NCBI RefSeq assembly: GCF_009914755.1
Contig: NC_060937.1
Length of the DNA: 64,000 nt
DNA from: the human T2T-CHM13v2.0 reference genome, Homo sapiens
Direction: 5' to 3' (one strand)
The notes below the pieces were generated by a model, which saw only the letters and a list, made by a program, of their open reading frames with translations, made no database searches and was not told the origin of the DNA. A program made the translations under genes and the position numbers. Below, one piece after another: positions 29,765 through 44,290 of this stretch (positions are counted from its first letter, which is position 1; every line of letters begins with the position of its first letter).

Positions 29765-30625
29765 AGCTAATATACGTTAAACGTTTCTGCTTGTTTTAAA
29801 TATTTTACATGTATTAGGTCATTTAATCCTCATAGAAACCGTGTTACAGTAGCCCCTCCATCCTTAGTTTCACTTTTTTGCGCTTTAGTTACCCACAGTC
29901 AACCACAGTCTGAAAGTATTATTGCATGCTGTTCTGAGTAGCATGATGAAATCTTGCACCGTTCCACCCAATATGTGAATCCTCCTTTCGTCCAGAGGAT
30001 CCTTGCTGTAGGCACTCATTCCCAGTTAGTCACTTAGTAGCCCTCTCAGTTGCTAAATCAACTGTCCTTGTATCTCAGTGCTACTGTTAAAGTAACCCTT
30101 ATTTGACTTACTAATGGGCCCAAAGCACAAGGTAGTGATGCTGGCAATTTGGAGATGCCAAAGAGAAACTAGACAGTGCTTCCTTTAAGTGAAAAAGTGA
30201 AAGTTCTTAATATGGAAAGAAAAATCATATGCTGAGGTTGCTAAGATCTATGCTAAGAATCTGTTTGTCAAATTATAAAGAAGGAAAAAGAAATTTGTGC
30301 TAGTTTTGCTGTCACATCTCTTCAAACTGCAAAAGTTATGGCCTCAGTGTGTGATAAGTGCTTACTTAAGATACAAAAGGCATTAAATTTGTGTGTGGAC
30401 GACATGTACAGAAATGAGTTCCAATTGACAGCAATTGGGTTTGGTACTGTCCGTGGCTTTAGGCATCCACTGGGAGTCTCAGAACACATCCCCTTGGTTA
30501 AGGGGGCACTACTGTATTCCCATTTTACAGATGAAGACATCGACAGAAGCTAAGTAACTTTCCTAAATGATACTATTAGAAGCAGAAGTGCCAAGTTTAC
30601 TCCTAGGCCAACTGTCTCTAGGCCC
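29765..30625 (-). mobile_element. MIR split by MER44 insertion
   Basis: TCATTTAATCCTCAT before and CCCATTTTACAGATGAAGA after the insert are contiguous in MIR. Confidence 0.75.
29847..30514 (+). mobile_element. MER44 / Tigger7 deletion derivative (TcMar-Tigger)
   Basis: TIRs CAGTAG..CC / GGGGGCACTACTG; TA TSDs at 29845-46 and 30515-16; decayed transposase N-terminus ATGCCAAAGAGA..CTTCCTTTAAGTGAAAAAGTGAAAGTTCTT..TCATATGCTGAGGTTGCTAAGATCTAT. Confidence 0.9.
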
Positions 30626-31957
30626 CAATTATATAAGCCAATAACTAAAAATTGTTTGCACAGCTATTAAAACAACAAACTATGAATGCAGCTGTCACAC
30701 TAACCTGTCCAATCCAGGTAGTCTGAGTTTAAATGCCAAGAATGCCTCTGACTCAAGATCCTTCTGAATCAGTGACTAAAGTCAGATGACTCTCCTGTGT
30801 ACATATGCTGTTTCAATACTCATCTAATATTTTATGTTGCCTGTGAGTGAAGGTTACCTTGGAGAGAAGGGGAAGCAACTAAACAAAGCATCCAATGTTC
30901 ATAGTATTTCAAACAATACCTATCAACTTTCATAAATGGTCTTATTCAATGGAGATAGCAAGTTTGACATTGATATTGTTAAGAACTAAAGTATATGATC
31001 AGAGCAGACAATGTATTTACAGGATTTATTTCCTGATAGAAGGAGTAGAATTTTTCCAAAAGAATCAGAGCTGTACAAAGGAAAGGTGCTTCCATCCAAT
31101 TATTTCCTACTTGTCATCTCTGATAGGAACCCACCTGGGGGTGATCTGCAGAGTCTACCTGTGTTAAATTTCTTCACATAGAGCTAGCTCATCATGCAAG
31201 TGGTACTAAGAAATGAAAATTATATGGCTTAGAAAATGGTTTAGCAGAATGCCAACAAGCAGAACTATCTCATGTGCAGATATTATGCAACCCCAGGATT
31301 TGAAAATAGTTACCTTTACCCACTAGTCCCATGCTGTGTGTAGAATAAACCAGGTTGAGAATGATCAAAAGTTAACAGATTATAGCAACAATATAGTTAT
31401 AGCAACAATTGTATAAAACAAAACTGTGTCTAAATTGAAAGTACCTCTGGCTACTTTTAAATCTTCAAGAACAGGAATTTGCCAAATCATTAAAATCAAA
31501 TTAGCATAATTAAGGATCTAAAATTGTTAGAGTATTAATGTGATTACATTTATTTAAACCCAGTTAATGAAAAATTACTGTTACACCCTTTTAAGAAAAA
31601 AATTACATTAAATTATATCATTGGGTACCATTTAGATTAGCCAGTTAATCTCAATATAACCAAAATCTGTATCAGTAATAGGAGTGTTAGTAATTTATAT
31701 ATAATTAGAATGAAAGCTTTTTGGCCATAAACAATCTGGGGAAGTCCTTATAAAATAATAAGTGGGAAAACAAATTGTCCTACTCTATAAAAGACATTAT
31801 GCAAAATATAATACAAAAAAACTAAAATAATATAATACTTTTTTTTACAAGAAGTAAATAATACTTTTTTTTTACAAGAAGTAAAAATAGTATTATTAGG
31901 GTAACAGTACTGTAGGAGGTTTTATACTTTCCTTAAATTTTTAATTTAAAAAGTTTT

Positions 31958-32861
31958 AATCTACAATGAACTCAAACAAATTTACAAGAAAAAAACAAAC
32001 AACCCCATTGAAAAGTGGGTGAAGGATATGAATAGACACTTCTCAAAAGAAGACATTTATGCAGCCAAAAACACATGAAAAAATGCTCATCATCACTGGC
32101 CATCAGAGAAATGCAAATCAAAACCACAATGAGACACCATCTCACACCAGTTAGAATGGTGATCATTAAAAAGTCAGGAAACAACAGGTGCTGGAGAGCA
32201 TGTGGAGAAATAGGAACACTTTTACACTGTTGGTGGGACTGTAAACTAGTTCAACCATTGTGGAAGTCAGTGTGGCGATTCCTCAGGGATCTAGAACTAG
32301 AAATACCATTTGACCCAGCCATCCCATTACTGGGTATATACCCAAAGGATTATAAATCATGCTGCTATAAAGACACATGCACACATATGTTTATTGTGGC
32401 ACTATTCACAATAGCAAAGACTTGGAACCAACCCAAATGTCCAACAACGATAGACTGGATTAAGAAAATGTGGCACATATACACCATGGAATACTATGCA
32501 GCCATAAAAAATGATGAGTTCATGTCCTTTGTAGGGACATGGATGAAGCTGGAAACCATCATTCTCAGCAAACTATCGCAAGGACAAAAAACCCAACACC
32601 GCATGTTCTCACTCATAGGTGGGAATTGAACAATGAGAACACACAGACACAGGAAGGGGAACATCACACACTGGGGCCTGTTGTGGGGTGAGGGGAGGGG
32701 GGAGGGATAGCATTAGGAGATATACCTAATGCTAAATGACGAGTTAATGGGTGCAGCACACCAACATTGCACATGTATACATATGTAGCAAACCTGCACG
32801 TTGTGCACATGTACCCTAAAACTTAAAGTATAATAAAATAAAATTTAAAAAAAGAAAGTTA
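31958..32861 (+). mobile_element. 5'-truncated L1PA3/4-type element
   Basis: 184-aa ORF2 C-terminal fragment with the cysteine-rich region; 3'UTR; A-rich tail; 13-bp TSD AAAAAGTTTTAAT (31948-31960 / 32862-32874) at a TT/AAAA site. Confidence 0.97.
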
Positions 32862-33120
32862 AAAAAGTTTTAATTTTTAACATGTTAAAGACTGAATAAA
32901 TAGCTCTGTTAAAATAAAGAAAAAGAAGAAAATAAAATGGTATTATTTTCTATCCAGTTTAACATTTTGGTATATACTTTTCCAGTTTTTCTCTTTATTA
33001 TTCATATTTTTAATTTAAAATCTGTAACTCTTAAACTATAATGTTAATAACAATTCTGTTCCTTTGTCACTTAACAATGCACTGTGGACTTTTTTTACAT
33101 TTTAAAATGTTCTTCTATGA

Positions 33121-33788
33121 CAGTGGTTCTCAAAGTATGGTCCACAGAACCCTAGATGTCCCTGATAGATCCTTTTTTATGGTCTGGGAGGCTAAGTCTA
33201 TTTTCATAATACTAAAATGTTTTTTGCCTTTTTTACTGTGTTGACATTTGCACCGATGGGGCAAAAGCAATGGTTGGTAAAACTGCTATAAGATTCAAAA
33301 GAAACAAGGCAGATTTTGATTGTTGATGTAGTATCAAAGAACAATATCCAAAGTTATCTGAAGAAATTATTAAAACACTCCTCTATTTACAACTACTTAT
33401 ATTTCTGAGGCTGGATTTTCTCCATTTTCCTCACTGAAGCATCGTAACAGGTTGAATAGTAATGCAGCTACGAGGATCCAAATGTCTTCCATCAAGCCAG
33501 AGTAAGACACTAAAAAGATCTGCAAAAATGTGAAAGGATACTAACCTTCTTGTTATATGTTTTGTTTTCAAAAATATATTTTTAAAGAGTATCTTATGTT
33601 AAACAATGTGTTTTATTTTTAAATGTGTAAATATATATACAAATATATTAAATATATATATTAAAATTTTCTATTTTCATTTCTAATACAGTATTGATGG
33701 ATATAACCACATGAACAAAAGCTTTTTGAAGCCCCAAATAATTTTTACGAGTATTAAGAAGTACTGAGAAAAAGTCTGAGACGTGCAG
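33121..33788. mobile_element. Charlie1a/1b-type hAT deletion derivative
   Basis: CAGTGGTTCTCAAAGTATGGTCC terminus; TGTGTTGACATTTGCACCGATGGGGCAAAAGCAATGG; other end GAGAAAAAGTCTGAGA. Confidence 0.8.
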
Positions 33789-35442
33789 TTTATAACAGCA
33801 CTTTTACAGAAAGCACAGTGATCTTTTTCATGGACATGCCTTAATTTATTTAGCCCTGGAATATACATACATTTCTTGAAAACGAGGACTACTACGTAAA
33901 TCCTAAAGGGCCTGGTGAGAAATGTGCACCCGGTGAGTAATGACCTGATTTTGGAGCCACAGTTCATGGTCATCATATCTTCCCCCAGGAGGAGGGCTGA
34001 TTGAAGAAGAGGATCTAGGACTAGATAAAGCCCCCTCAGCTATGGGTGCCTACATTCATTCTCCTGCTGAGTTTTTTTCTCCCTTCTCAATATTTTGTGT
34101 CATTTTTCTAGGATTTCCACAGAAAAACACTGAAAGAAGTTGGAATACAATTTATTTCAATAAATCGAGTATTTTCCTTTAGCTCTCATGAAGTCTCTGA
34201 TATATTTTTTCCATTTCTGATTGGCATTCTATCAGGTAGAGTCCTGGGTACATGAGTTTTGTCACCCAACTACCTTCCTGTCCTCACTACCTCTGAGTCC
34301 ATCACTGGTGATGCACACGGCCCTTAATGACATGGCCCAGTTTATACGTTTTCTAACTCTAGACTTCTTAAATCAGATTACTTACACTAATTAATTTTTA
34401 AAATTAGTTTAGAAATTAAAAAACATCTGCCCAGAGTTTGAAAGCATACAAATTCTATAAAATGCCATTCTCTCATGCCTTATATTACTTAACAAATTAA
34501 ATATATACAGAGTTAGCCTCATTAAACTCGAATGGTCTCTGGGAGACCTACCTAAGTAACTCTGAAGCAGACTATATTCCCTAAAATGTATTCTGAAGTA
34601 CTGAGGAATTTTCATTGTTATGGAGGCGTTTGAGCACCCATTTTTTAGTAGGCCAGGATATCCTTGCCAGAATGCTAAAGAGAGTAGAACTAAATGACAG
34701 TACAGCCATGTAAGGTTCTCAAACTGTGAACATTGATGCTGTTTATTCCGTAATTTAGTGTAAAATGAGTGTGGGAATCTTTATTAGTGATTTTCAAGTG
34801 CAAAAGTTGAATTTGTCCTCCAAAAATTTGCACTGGCTTTTACTGTTGTAAACCAAGCCACAGCCTCCTTAATCCAACATACCCTTTCCATTGTATGAGT
34901 CCAACCACAAACACTTTAGATCCTCAAGAAATAATTTCTCAAGAAAACATAGTGGAGTAAGTAGCAACCCACTTGGGTCCTTAACCAGGCTCCTCTGGGC
35001 CTAGGATAACTGCACCTGGGCTACAGGCTTGTGTTCTGAAGAACAGGCTCAGTGTTGCTGGCAACTGCTGAGTTAAAATTTCCAACCACCACACTCCTCG
35101 TCCACAGCCCTGATGTCTACCCCTTTCCTCTCCCAGAATAGTTCAGTGATTTCCACACCAGGTACAGAGTCTGATCAGTTTCCAGGGATAATATTTTACC
35201 TTCTCTCACTCCTATGAAAAAAGGAAAAAAAACAACTGTTCGCTACCCCATCCCTTAACTCCTAGAGGGTAAAGACAATAATGCTATCACAGACTGAAGA
35301 CGGTAGGTGTACCTAGGCTAGGTCTTCTAGGGATTGTGGAAAATGATGCTTTTAGTCTCTTTGCAAATTACAATATTCCAAGATGACCACAGTAGGAATG
35401 GGTGCTCCTAAAGCGCAGATGCCTAAGGTGGTCTCTTCAGTC

Positions 35443-35654
35443 CAGTATTTGTCAACTGGCAACAATTTTGCTCTCCAGGAGACATGTGGCAATTTCTGGA
35501 GACATTTTTGGCTATCACAATGGGGCTGGGGGGTGTTGCCACTAGCAACTAGTAAGCAGAAGTTAGGGGTGCTGCTAAATACCCACAATGCTCAGGACAG
35601 ACCCCAAAACAAGGTATTATTTAGCCCAAAATGACAACAGGTTAAGAAATCCTG
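35443..35654. mobile_element. MER20 (hAT-Charlie MITE)
   Basis: GGCAATTTCTGGAGACATTTTTGGCTATCACAA...GCTGCTAAATACCCACAATGCTCAGGACAG...GGTTAAGAAATCCTG. Confidence 0.9.
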
Positions 35655-35769
35655 TCCCAGTCTGATGTCAAATGCATGCTTCTGGATCCATGGATTTAAA
35701 TGAAAATATTGCTTACATTACTTGATAGTTCATTCAATTATTTGCATTCATGTACAGTTTTCATTATCA

Positions 35770-35935
35770 GAGATCTGAGCCTGGCTCTAACATCTACTAG
35801 TTGTGTGACCTTTAGCAAGGAGCTTAAACACTCCACACCTGATCTATGAATAGGGAAAATAACTCCTCCACACAATTGTCATAGAGATTACACTACAGAG
35901 TACATATAAAGTGCTTAGTGAGTAGAGGTTAGCTG
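35770..35935 (+). mobile_element. MIR fragment
   Basis: CCTGGCTCTAACATCTACTAGTTGTGTGACCTT...ATATAAAGTGCTTAG. Confidence 0.7.
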
Positions 35936-38900
35936 CTGCTGCTATCATTATCATCATCATTATCATGAAAGACTTAATAACTACTAGGTGCCTGACACTA
36001 TGTTTAGAAATACAAACACATTTTCTTATATTCTGAAAATACAAGAAAGAATAAAGACTTAGAACCTATCACTAAAGAACTCACAGAAACACCTAGCTGA
36101 GCAAAAACATATGAGAAGACCTATCTGACTATGTAGCAAGATCCATCTTTTCATTTGCCTCTAGCATCCCAGGAAGCAATGCTTGGCCCTCTTGGGTCTT
36201 CTTATACCCTGCCTTCCAGTACCTCTCCCCCCATCGTTAACTCAATACACTGTAGTACTTCAGGCACTTTGTAGCAAAGAGTTACTCTCACAAAAAGAGA
36301 AAATAGCAAGCTAGTGAATGACTTCTCGTGGACCTCAGAAAGGACCTCAGAAATCTTCACCAAGTTCACGATTCAGGTGTTAAAAGTTTCAGCCCATGAG
36401 CAGCACACGGTCAGCACATATCATCAGGCTACTTGCTCCCCATGGTATTTTTGGGATTTGTCAGGTAGAAACTCTTAATTTAGAAGAACTAAGCATCTTT
36501 CAAGGAAAAAAAAATCCCTGCTAAAATATTATTCATAATTTATTTTCCTTATTGTATCAAGTGACTTTTACTTATCCTTCTTATATCACCTGATACAGTT
36601 CCACTCCTTGTTCTGTGCAGGAAAGTTTTAATTTGCACATACACATTATAATTTGTAACTGTAAGAATGACTGCAGCGTCACATTCACTAGAATAATGGC
36701 CTGTAGCATAAATAAATAGGGGTCATAAGGGAAGTATATGCCTTAGGAGAATATCCTTTAAGCTGTGCAGTTCAGAAATGAGGTTCTGTCTTGCACCGTT
36801 CTACACATTCAGCGGCAGGAAAAATTACTTGGAAGGTAAAAGCCCTATTAAATGCCATCTTTTTTTGTTGATTTGGATTAAACCCAAATGATTATTTTTA
36901 AGTTAATGTAAAAACACTGTGGAAAAATGAATCATGTTTTAATTGCTATAATGCTGCATCATTTACTTAAACTAGAAATGATTGGTGAATCTGGTTTGGT
37001 GGTATGTCCCAAACAAGCCAATTAGTACAGAGATTAACCTCTATAATCACTCTCTAGCCGATTGCTTTCCATAATTTTTTCATAAAATTTGTTTGCATTC
37101 ATGTTTTTGAATGAAGCAGGTAACTAGCCTTGCATTTTAGAATTTTAGTCCTGTTTCATAGAAAAGTTTACAATATTTGCTTTGGAGAAATTTATTGCTG
37201 ATTTACTTGCATGTAATACAAAAATCCCATACTTTGCTGAGAGGCTTCAAACCATAAAAGGACACAAGATAATTACTTTTTGGACTATTTAGGAAGCAGG
37301 GAGTTTCACTTAAAAAAAAAAACTCCATGGTTTCTCAACTCTATAAATGCTTCTTTAAGAAAAATATACATTCCAAACCAGAATGATAAAGGAGGCACAG
37401 AAGTGTCTGCATGACAGCCTTCTTCCTTCAAAATACATCACCACCTTCCATAACATCTGCTCTATCATTTTGGTCACTCACAACCTTATATGCTCAGAAA
37501 GAAATATTTGTAAGATCTAATGTAAAAAGTGCCCAGCTGTTCACCCTTATGCTGGGGCAGTCCTAGTGGTATATTTGTCCTGTATCTAAATGGATGCTCT
37601 ATTTGTATCTGTCTCTATCAAATGTATCAGATACATATGGAGGATATAAGGTGGATTATCTTTAGACCAATTTACATAAAAAACCAAGGAGCTTCCTCAG
37701 ATGGAATGGAAGAAAATGGAGTGCCAAGGAAACAATCTGCTTCTAGGACAAGACACAATGATGTCAGAAAAATGAAGTAATGGTGAAAAAACCACACATA
37801 GGTAAAGTCTTTGAATACTGAGAGACTGGTTCAGTGGGCACTCATGAATCCTGGGCAGAGAAACTGCAATAAATGCAGAGCTAATAATTCAGAATGGTTT
37901 ATCTGAAATCTCAGTGGGGCACTAGAAAGGCATGACGTTGGCACTCATCCACTGATGGGAGATAATACTCATTACTGAGCTACACATAACTGCCACTAGA
38001 TATGGGGCTCTGTCACCATGGACGGGTTATCAGTTGAAGTCACAACTCCCAGCTACCAATGACAAGTGAAGGCACAGCAACTGGAAACCTTCCCAGGGTA
38101 GAAGGGGAATAACTTGCTGGTGATTAGTGGTAAATAAGAGGCCTCATTCACAGAATGTATGTGAGACACTCACTGGAGTCTCCAGAGCTATTTGGGAGGA
38201 ATCTGAGTGAGCAAGCTGAAGCCAAAGAAATGCTGTTTTGTAACTGTTACTGTGATTTGTTTTTATCCCCAGGATGAAGTGGCTTGGGAAATACAGGAAA
38301 CTTGCAGAAGTAATGATGACTGCGATAATAGCTACTTTATTTTCTATGTAGTTCTCTGCATTGTTTCTGTGAAGTAAGACAACTATATCAAAATATTTCA
38401 CTGAAAATTAATAAGCTCTCAAGTGAAATTATAAAAGATCTTGTGATGTGAGACACACTATCCAAAAGTACTGAACCAGGTGGAGGAAACTGCTGAAAAT
38501 CAATGTCTCCTCTATTTTCTCACGATATACCACAGACAGAGAACATTACCTAGCTTATTACTGATTGGAACTAAGGAGTAGAAAAAGCACTATCTGATTT
38601 CCCTGGAGTCTCAGGGTTGTATGGGGCACCCCCTGCATCTGCCCAGCCTTCTACCCAGGAGGAACACTCCTCAAACATACCTGGAGGCAGAAGACATCCT
38701 ACAGGGTACTTAGCCTCTGTCCTGCAACCACACAATAGTCCTGCCTCTCAGTGAACTGGCCTTTCCTGGGCTAAGGACCCAGCCTCTCCAGATCTATGAC
38801 TGTCACAGTGCTCTTAGCGCTAGCTGATCTCCCTCAGCCTGTACCAGGGTTCAACCCATCTGATCAGGCTGCCTCTGAGCCTGGCCCTCCTGCCAGGTGT

Positions 38901-39169
38901 GTGCACGCTGATATAGCCACTCTCTCAGGTAATGCCTAACTTAACATCATGATATATTTAATCCTCCCATAAAATATTTCCTTCATTTCTCTTTTATTTC
39001 ATCATTTTTTAAAAAACCATAGAGAAGATGAGAAACTAAATGTGGAATGGTATGTCACAGGTCTGAATAAGGCTAGAATGACCCTAACGTGACACATTTT
39101 AGATTGTAGACTTGGGGTACACATATATAAATTATTGTAGACTTTGGGGTGGGTTAAATAACATTCAGA

Positions 39170-40945
39170 TTAGGAAAACTTCCTTTCATTGCTTTTATAC
39201 TAAAAATTACTGTATGAATTAATGTTGAATTTTAATAAATACTTTATCATCATATAATGAGGTAATCATGTGCTTTTTCTTCTTTATAAAATTAGTATGA
39301 AAAATTACATTGAGTCAATCTTGTGCCCCTGGTTTAATTCCAATTTGCTCATGTATTAACTATTTAATATATTACTTGCTAATGTTTTCATCAGGATTTT
39401 GTACTTATTTGACATAAAGTTGTTAATATCCTCTTATTATATTTCTAATGTCTGCAAGGAACTATAATGATGTCCTCCTCTTTTTTCATTCTTACCACCT
39501 GGCTATAGTTTTAGTCTCTTCTTTTTCCTTGTTTGAGGTTGAAAATGTTAATAGACTTCTCAAGAAAACATTTGCCTTTCCTCCCCCCCCTGCCCTTTTG
39601 GAGACGGGGTCTCACTCTCATTCACACTGGAGTGCAGTGGTGTGATCACAGCTCACTGCAGCCTCAAACTCCTGGGCTCAAGCAATCCTCTCACATCAGA
39701 CTCTCAAGCAGCTGGGACTATAGGTGTATGTCATCATGCCCAGCTAATTTTTTCATTTTTCAAGGATGGTGGTCTCGCTATGATGCCCAGGGTGGTCTTG
39801 AACTCCTGGCCTCAAGTGATCTTCCTGCCTCGGCCTCCATAGTCACTGGGATTACAGGCATGAACCACAACACCTGGCTCTTGGCTTTGATGATGATTTC
39901 TGCTGTACATTTATTTCTTGTTTTTGTTTCTAAATTTTCATTATTTTCTGCTCTCCTCGTTACTTTCCTTCTTCCTACTTTGCTTTAGTTTATTTTCCCT
40001 TTTTCTAAGTTTTTGAGATGAATGTTGTTTAATTTTTAGTCTTCCTTTGAACATATGCACTTAAGGCTATACATTTTCCTCAAAGATGGCATTAGTTGCA
40101 TTTTATATATTTTGATATGTCGACATTTCAATATCATTCAGGTCAAAATATTTTCTAATTTCCACTGTGATTTCTCCTTTAACCCAGTATTTATACAGAA
40201 CTATGTTTCCTAATTTTTAAACATAGAAATATTCAAGATTTTGCTGTTGTTTTCAGGATTATTGTTACTGTCTTGTAGCTTAAATAAATTATGATCAACT
40301 TTTAATTATTTATAAGTTTTCAATCCTTTGAAATAATTTTAGATTTGCTTTTTGGCTCACAAGTTTTTTTATATGTTCTATGTATACTAGAAAAAAATGA
40401 TTTTCTGCACTTGTGTATTCAATATCTTTATGTGCCCATAAAGTTTGTCATATTATTTAAACTTTCTAAATGCTTACTAATGTTTTGTGTGTACTCTCAA
40501 TTCCTGAAAGAGATATATTGCAATGTCTTACTCTCTGAATTTTCCTGTTTCTCCTCTTAGTTCTGTCAATCTTTGATCTAAATAGTTTACATTATTAACT
40601 AAAACTTTGAGATTATTTTAACTTCCAGGTGTATTAAAGCTTTCACACTTGTAAAATATCCTCTTTGTATCTAGTAATTTTTTTTTATTTAAGGTCTTAT
40701 TAGTGTTAGTGTAGCTACCATCACCCTTTGCTAGGTGGAGAGCATTAGTATTTACAACTTATCCATTCTTGTATATTTTGACTTTCAACCTTTTTACACA
40801 CTCATATTTTAGATATATCTCTTGAATGTAGCATTAAGTTGGACCTTATCCAGTCTTACAGTCTTGTCCTTTAATTGAAACATTACATCTATTGACAATG
40901 AATACAATTACAAACATATTCGAGTTTAAGTCTACCATCTTAGCA
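39170..40945 (-). mobile_element. Old L1M ORF2 fragment(s), interrupted by an AluJ
   Basis: T-rich reverse ORF2 motifs (TAAGGCTATACATTTTCCTC; TATTTTCTAATTTCCACTGTGATTTCTCC; TAGTTCTGTCAAT; TAAGTCTACCATCTT). Confidence 0.75.
39596..39879 (-). mobile_element. AluJ
   Basis: GATCACAGCTCACTGCAGCCTCAAACTCCTGGGCTCAAGCAATCC (J diagnostics). Confidence 0.93.
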
Positions 40946-41309
40946 TCTACTCAGCTATTCTGAACCAAGTATCAGATCTGGTTCAGAAAAACATAATTTG
41001 TTTTTTTCCCTAACACTATTCAGCATCAACTTCAAACATGTATTATGAGGATTAAACACATTTATATGAGATTTGTACAAGTGCTTTGAAAATCACAATG
41101 TCCTAAAGCCAACTTCGTGTTACTAAATATGCTTCTATTAAAGATTTTCCAAAGATCTCTGATGCAGGCTCTCGAATGCAGTTTCAGACAAGTTGAAAAA
41201 AAGAAAAAAAACTAAAAACAAGTATTGGCAGCATGATAAGACTCCCAAGATGACCCTTTTAAAAGAAAGAGGGCTCATGACCTTTGGCATAGAAAAGTAT
41301 GTTGGAAGG

Positions 41310-41745
41310 CTCTCAGGAGGCAAGGGCTTGGTGAGTTTAAGGAATGGTAAAGATGCCAGTGTGGTGAGAAGTGGTGAGACTGGTGAGATGGCTATGAGCT
41401 AGGTCCTGCAGAGCTTTGTGGGGTTGTTGACTTTGTTAGAAATGCACTTCCCAGTATGTAGTGCAATATCATGGTCAGGTTTACATTTTCAATTGTTTAT
41501 TCAGTCAGCTGTGGCCAAAACTAATTAGAGGAGGCAAGAATGTAGGGGAGTGGACAAGGTAACCATTCAGTCTTCTAAAGGACCCCCCCTCAAAAAAGGT
41601 GGTGCCTTTAACTTGAGAAACAGAAGCAGATAGCTTTGAGATGCCTCTGAGGGTGGAATCAACAGCACATAAGAATCTCATGTGGGGAATAAGAGACAGG
41701 GTGATGTCAAGGATGATGTTGGTAATTCTAAATCAATCAACAGGC
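41310..41745 (-). mobile_element. L2 fragment
   Basis: AGTTTAAGGAATGGTAAAGATGCCAGTGTGG...GTCAAGGATGATG. Confidence 0.65.
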
Positions 41746-41928
41746 TGATGAGAGGTGTTTGCAGTAAATTTATATCTACAGTAAATAAAGTCTAATACTT
41801 ATAGACATTTATCAAATCTACTGCATATCACTGTTGTCTTATTTCTGTTCTTTAATATTTACAAATATCACAAGCTTATGAAAACCTCTCATAGTTCCAC
41901 ACTCTCCAACCTTACACTTCTTCCCTCT

Positions 41929-41929
<1 letters not shown>

Positions 41930-41970
<41 letters not shown>
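41930..41970. repeat. (T)41 mononucleotide run
   Basis: 41 uninterrupted T. Confidence 0.98.
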
Positions 41971-41973
<3 letters not shown>

Positions 41974-41986
41974 AAAAATGATTTCA

Positions 41987-42286
41987 GGGACCAGATGCTG
42001 TGGCTCACACCTGTAATCCTAGCATTTTGGGAGGCCAGGGCAGGGGGATTGGTTGAGGTCAGGAGTTTGAGGCCAGCCTGGGCAAGACAGTGAGACCTCA
42101 TCTCTACAAAAACAATTTAAAAACTAGCCAGGCATGGTGACATGCACCTGTAGTCCCAGCTACTCAGAAGACTAAGGTGGGAAGATCACTTAGGGCCAGC
42201 AATTCGAGGCTGCAGTGAGCTATGACTGCACCACTGTACTCCAGCCTGGGCAAAAGTGCGAGAGCTGTTTCTAAAAAATAAGAAAC
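41987..42286 (+). mobile_element. AluJ
   Basis: GAGGCTGCAGTGAGCTATGA J diagnostics; TSD AAAAATGATTTC (41974-41985) / AAAAACGATTTC (42287-42298). Confidence 0.94.
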
Positions 42287-42905
42287 AAAAACGATTTCCA
42301 ATAAAACTGAACAGTGCACCACATACTATATTATTCTTTTCACAAAAGGCACAATGAACCTCAGAGGTTCAGACCAGGTTGACACTGTCTCTAAAAAAAT
42401 TAAAACATGAAAGTTTCATCGTATTGCATTTTCACAAGAAAATAAATTGAAATAGGCAGTCCTTGCAAAACACAATTTGTTTCTTCCCTAACACAATACT
42501 CGAGTACCGCTGCTTTCAAAAGAAGCATTTCTATTATACAACCATCATGTTTGTAATTGAAATAATAATGTCAAATCATTATTGGGCCTGCATTCCATTT
42601 AGGTTTTCAAGTTCTGAGCTCTCTCCAAAATAAAAAGATAAAGTTTCTAATGGAATCATAAGACTGTTGAGTAACTGAACATTTTTCTTCTTTTTCTAGT
42701 TATAAAAGTTATGTCAAAAGAATCCCTCCGAAAAAAAGAGAACGGTTTCTGAACACTAGAAAAGCTTCACTCACTGTCGGGGGTTCCAGAAAATCCCCTC
42801 AGCAATCAATCTGCAGAACGTCAATAACAAATGATACACTTCCCTCAACTGCAAAAACAAACAGTAGAGATGCCAGAGGTCCCTGGAATTTAAAGCATAA
42901 GTGTC

Positions 42906-43852
<947 letters not shown>

Positions 43853-44048
43853 AACGAGTATGCATGAGGGCTGAGAGGAGGGGAGTATGTATGTTACACA
43901 TGGGGACATGGAATGGGGAAGGGTGTGAAGGAAGGTGAAGGTTGTTCTTTCTTCTACTGTTTGTTATAGTGATGCTTCTCCTGGGGTTGAGTGGTAAAAA
44001 GAGGAAGGAATAAAGAGAGGAGGGGAAAAATTGGGGGATCAGATAGAG

Positions 44049-44290
44049 CCCTGTTTTCCAAACATCATGTTTTGAGCTATTAGTGAATGGATCAGAAACA
44101 TAAATTGTTTTGGTAAGCTAGAACAGAAGCTATCGGAATATACTGTATGTAATAGAGGTAACATTTCATGAAATATTTTGTTTCACATATAGATGAGTGT
44201 TATTGTGTGGGTATATGTAAATTTTTGTGTGTTGATTTATCATATAAAATGCTTTTCATATTACGGTTTGTAGTAAAAAATGAGTCACTG
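44049..44290. mobile_element. Ancient hAT-Charlie MITE (subfamily uncertain)
   Basis: Ends ..TGTTTTCCAAAC / ..GTCACTG; TTTCATGAAATATTTTGTTTC; 8-bp flanks AGATAGAG / AACTAGAG. Confidence 0.55.

Noticed and set aside
31833-31885. 26-bp tandem duplication; similar small ones at 21064-21094, 22714-22749, 24342-24372, 31380-31409 and 36330-36353
   Set aside because: Ordinary slippage duplications with no spacer structure, so not CRISPR-like.
32075-32629. 184-aa ORF (and the 123-aa ORF at 7175-7546)
   Set aside because: C-terminal fragments of L1 ORF2 in 5'-truncated copies, not host genes.
38273-38373. Plus-strand exon-like open frame (DEVAWEIQETCRSNDDC)
   Set aside because: Mediocre donor (GAA|GTAAGA), no recognisable homology, no partner coding exons.
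40959-40989. 10-bp inverted repeat TTCTGAACCA / TGGTTCAGAA
   Set aside because: A single short palindrome with no supporting context.
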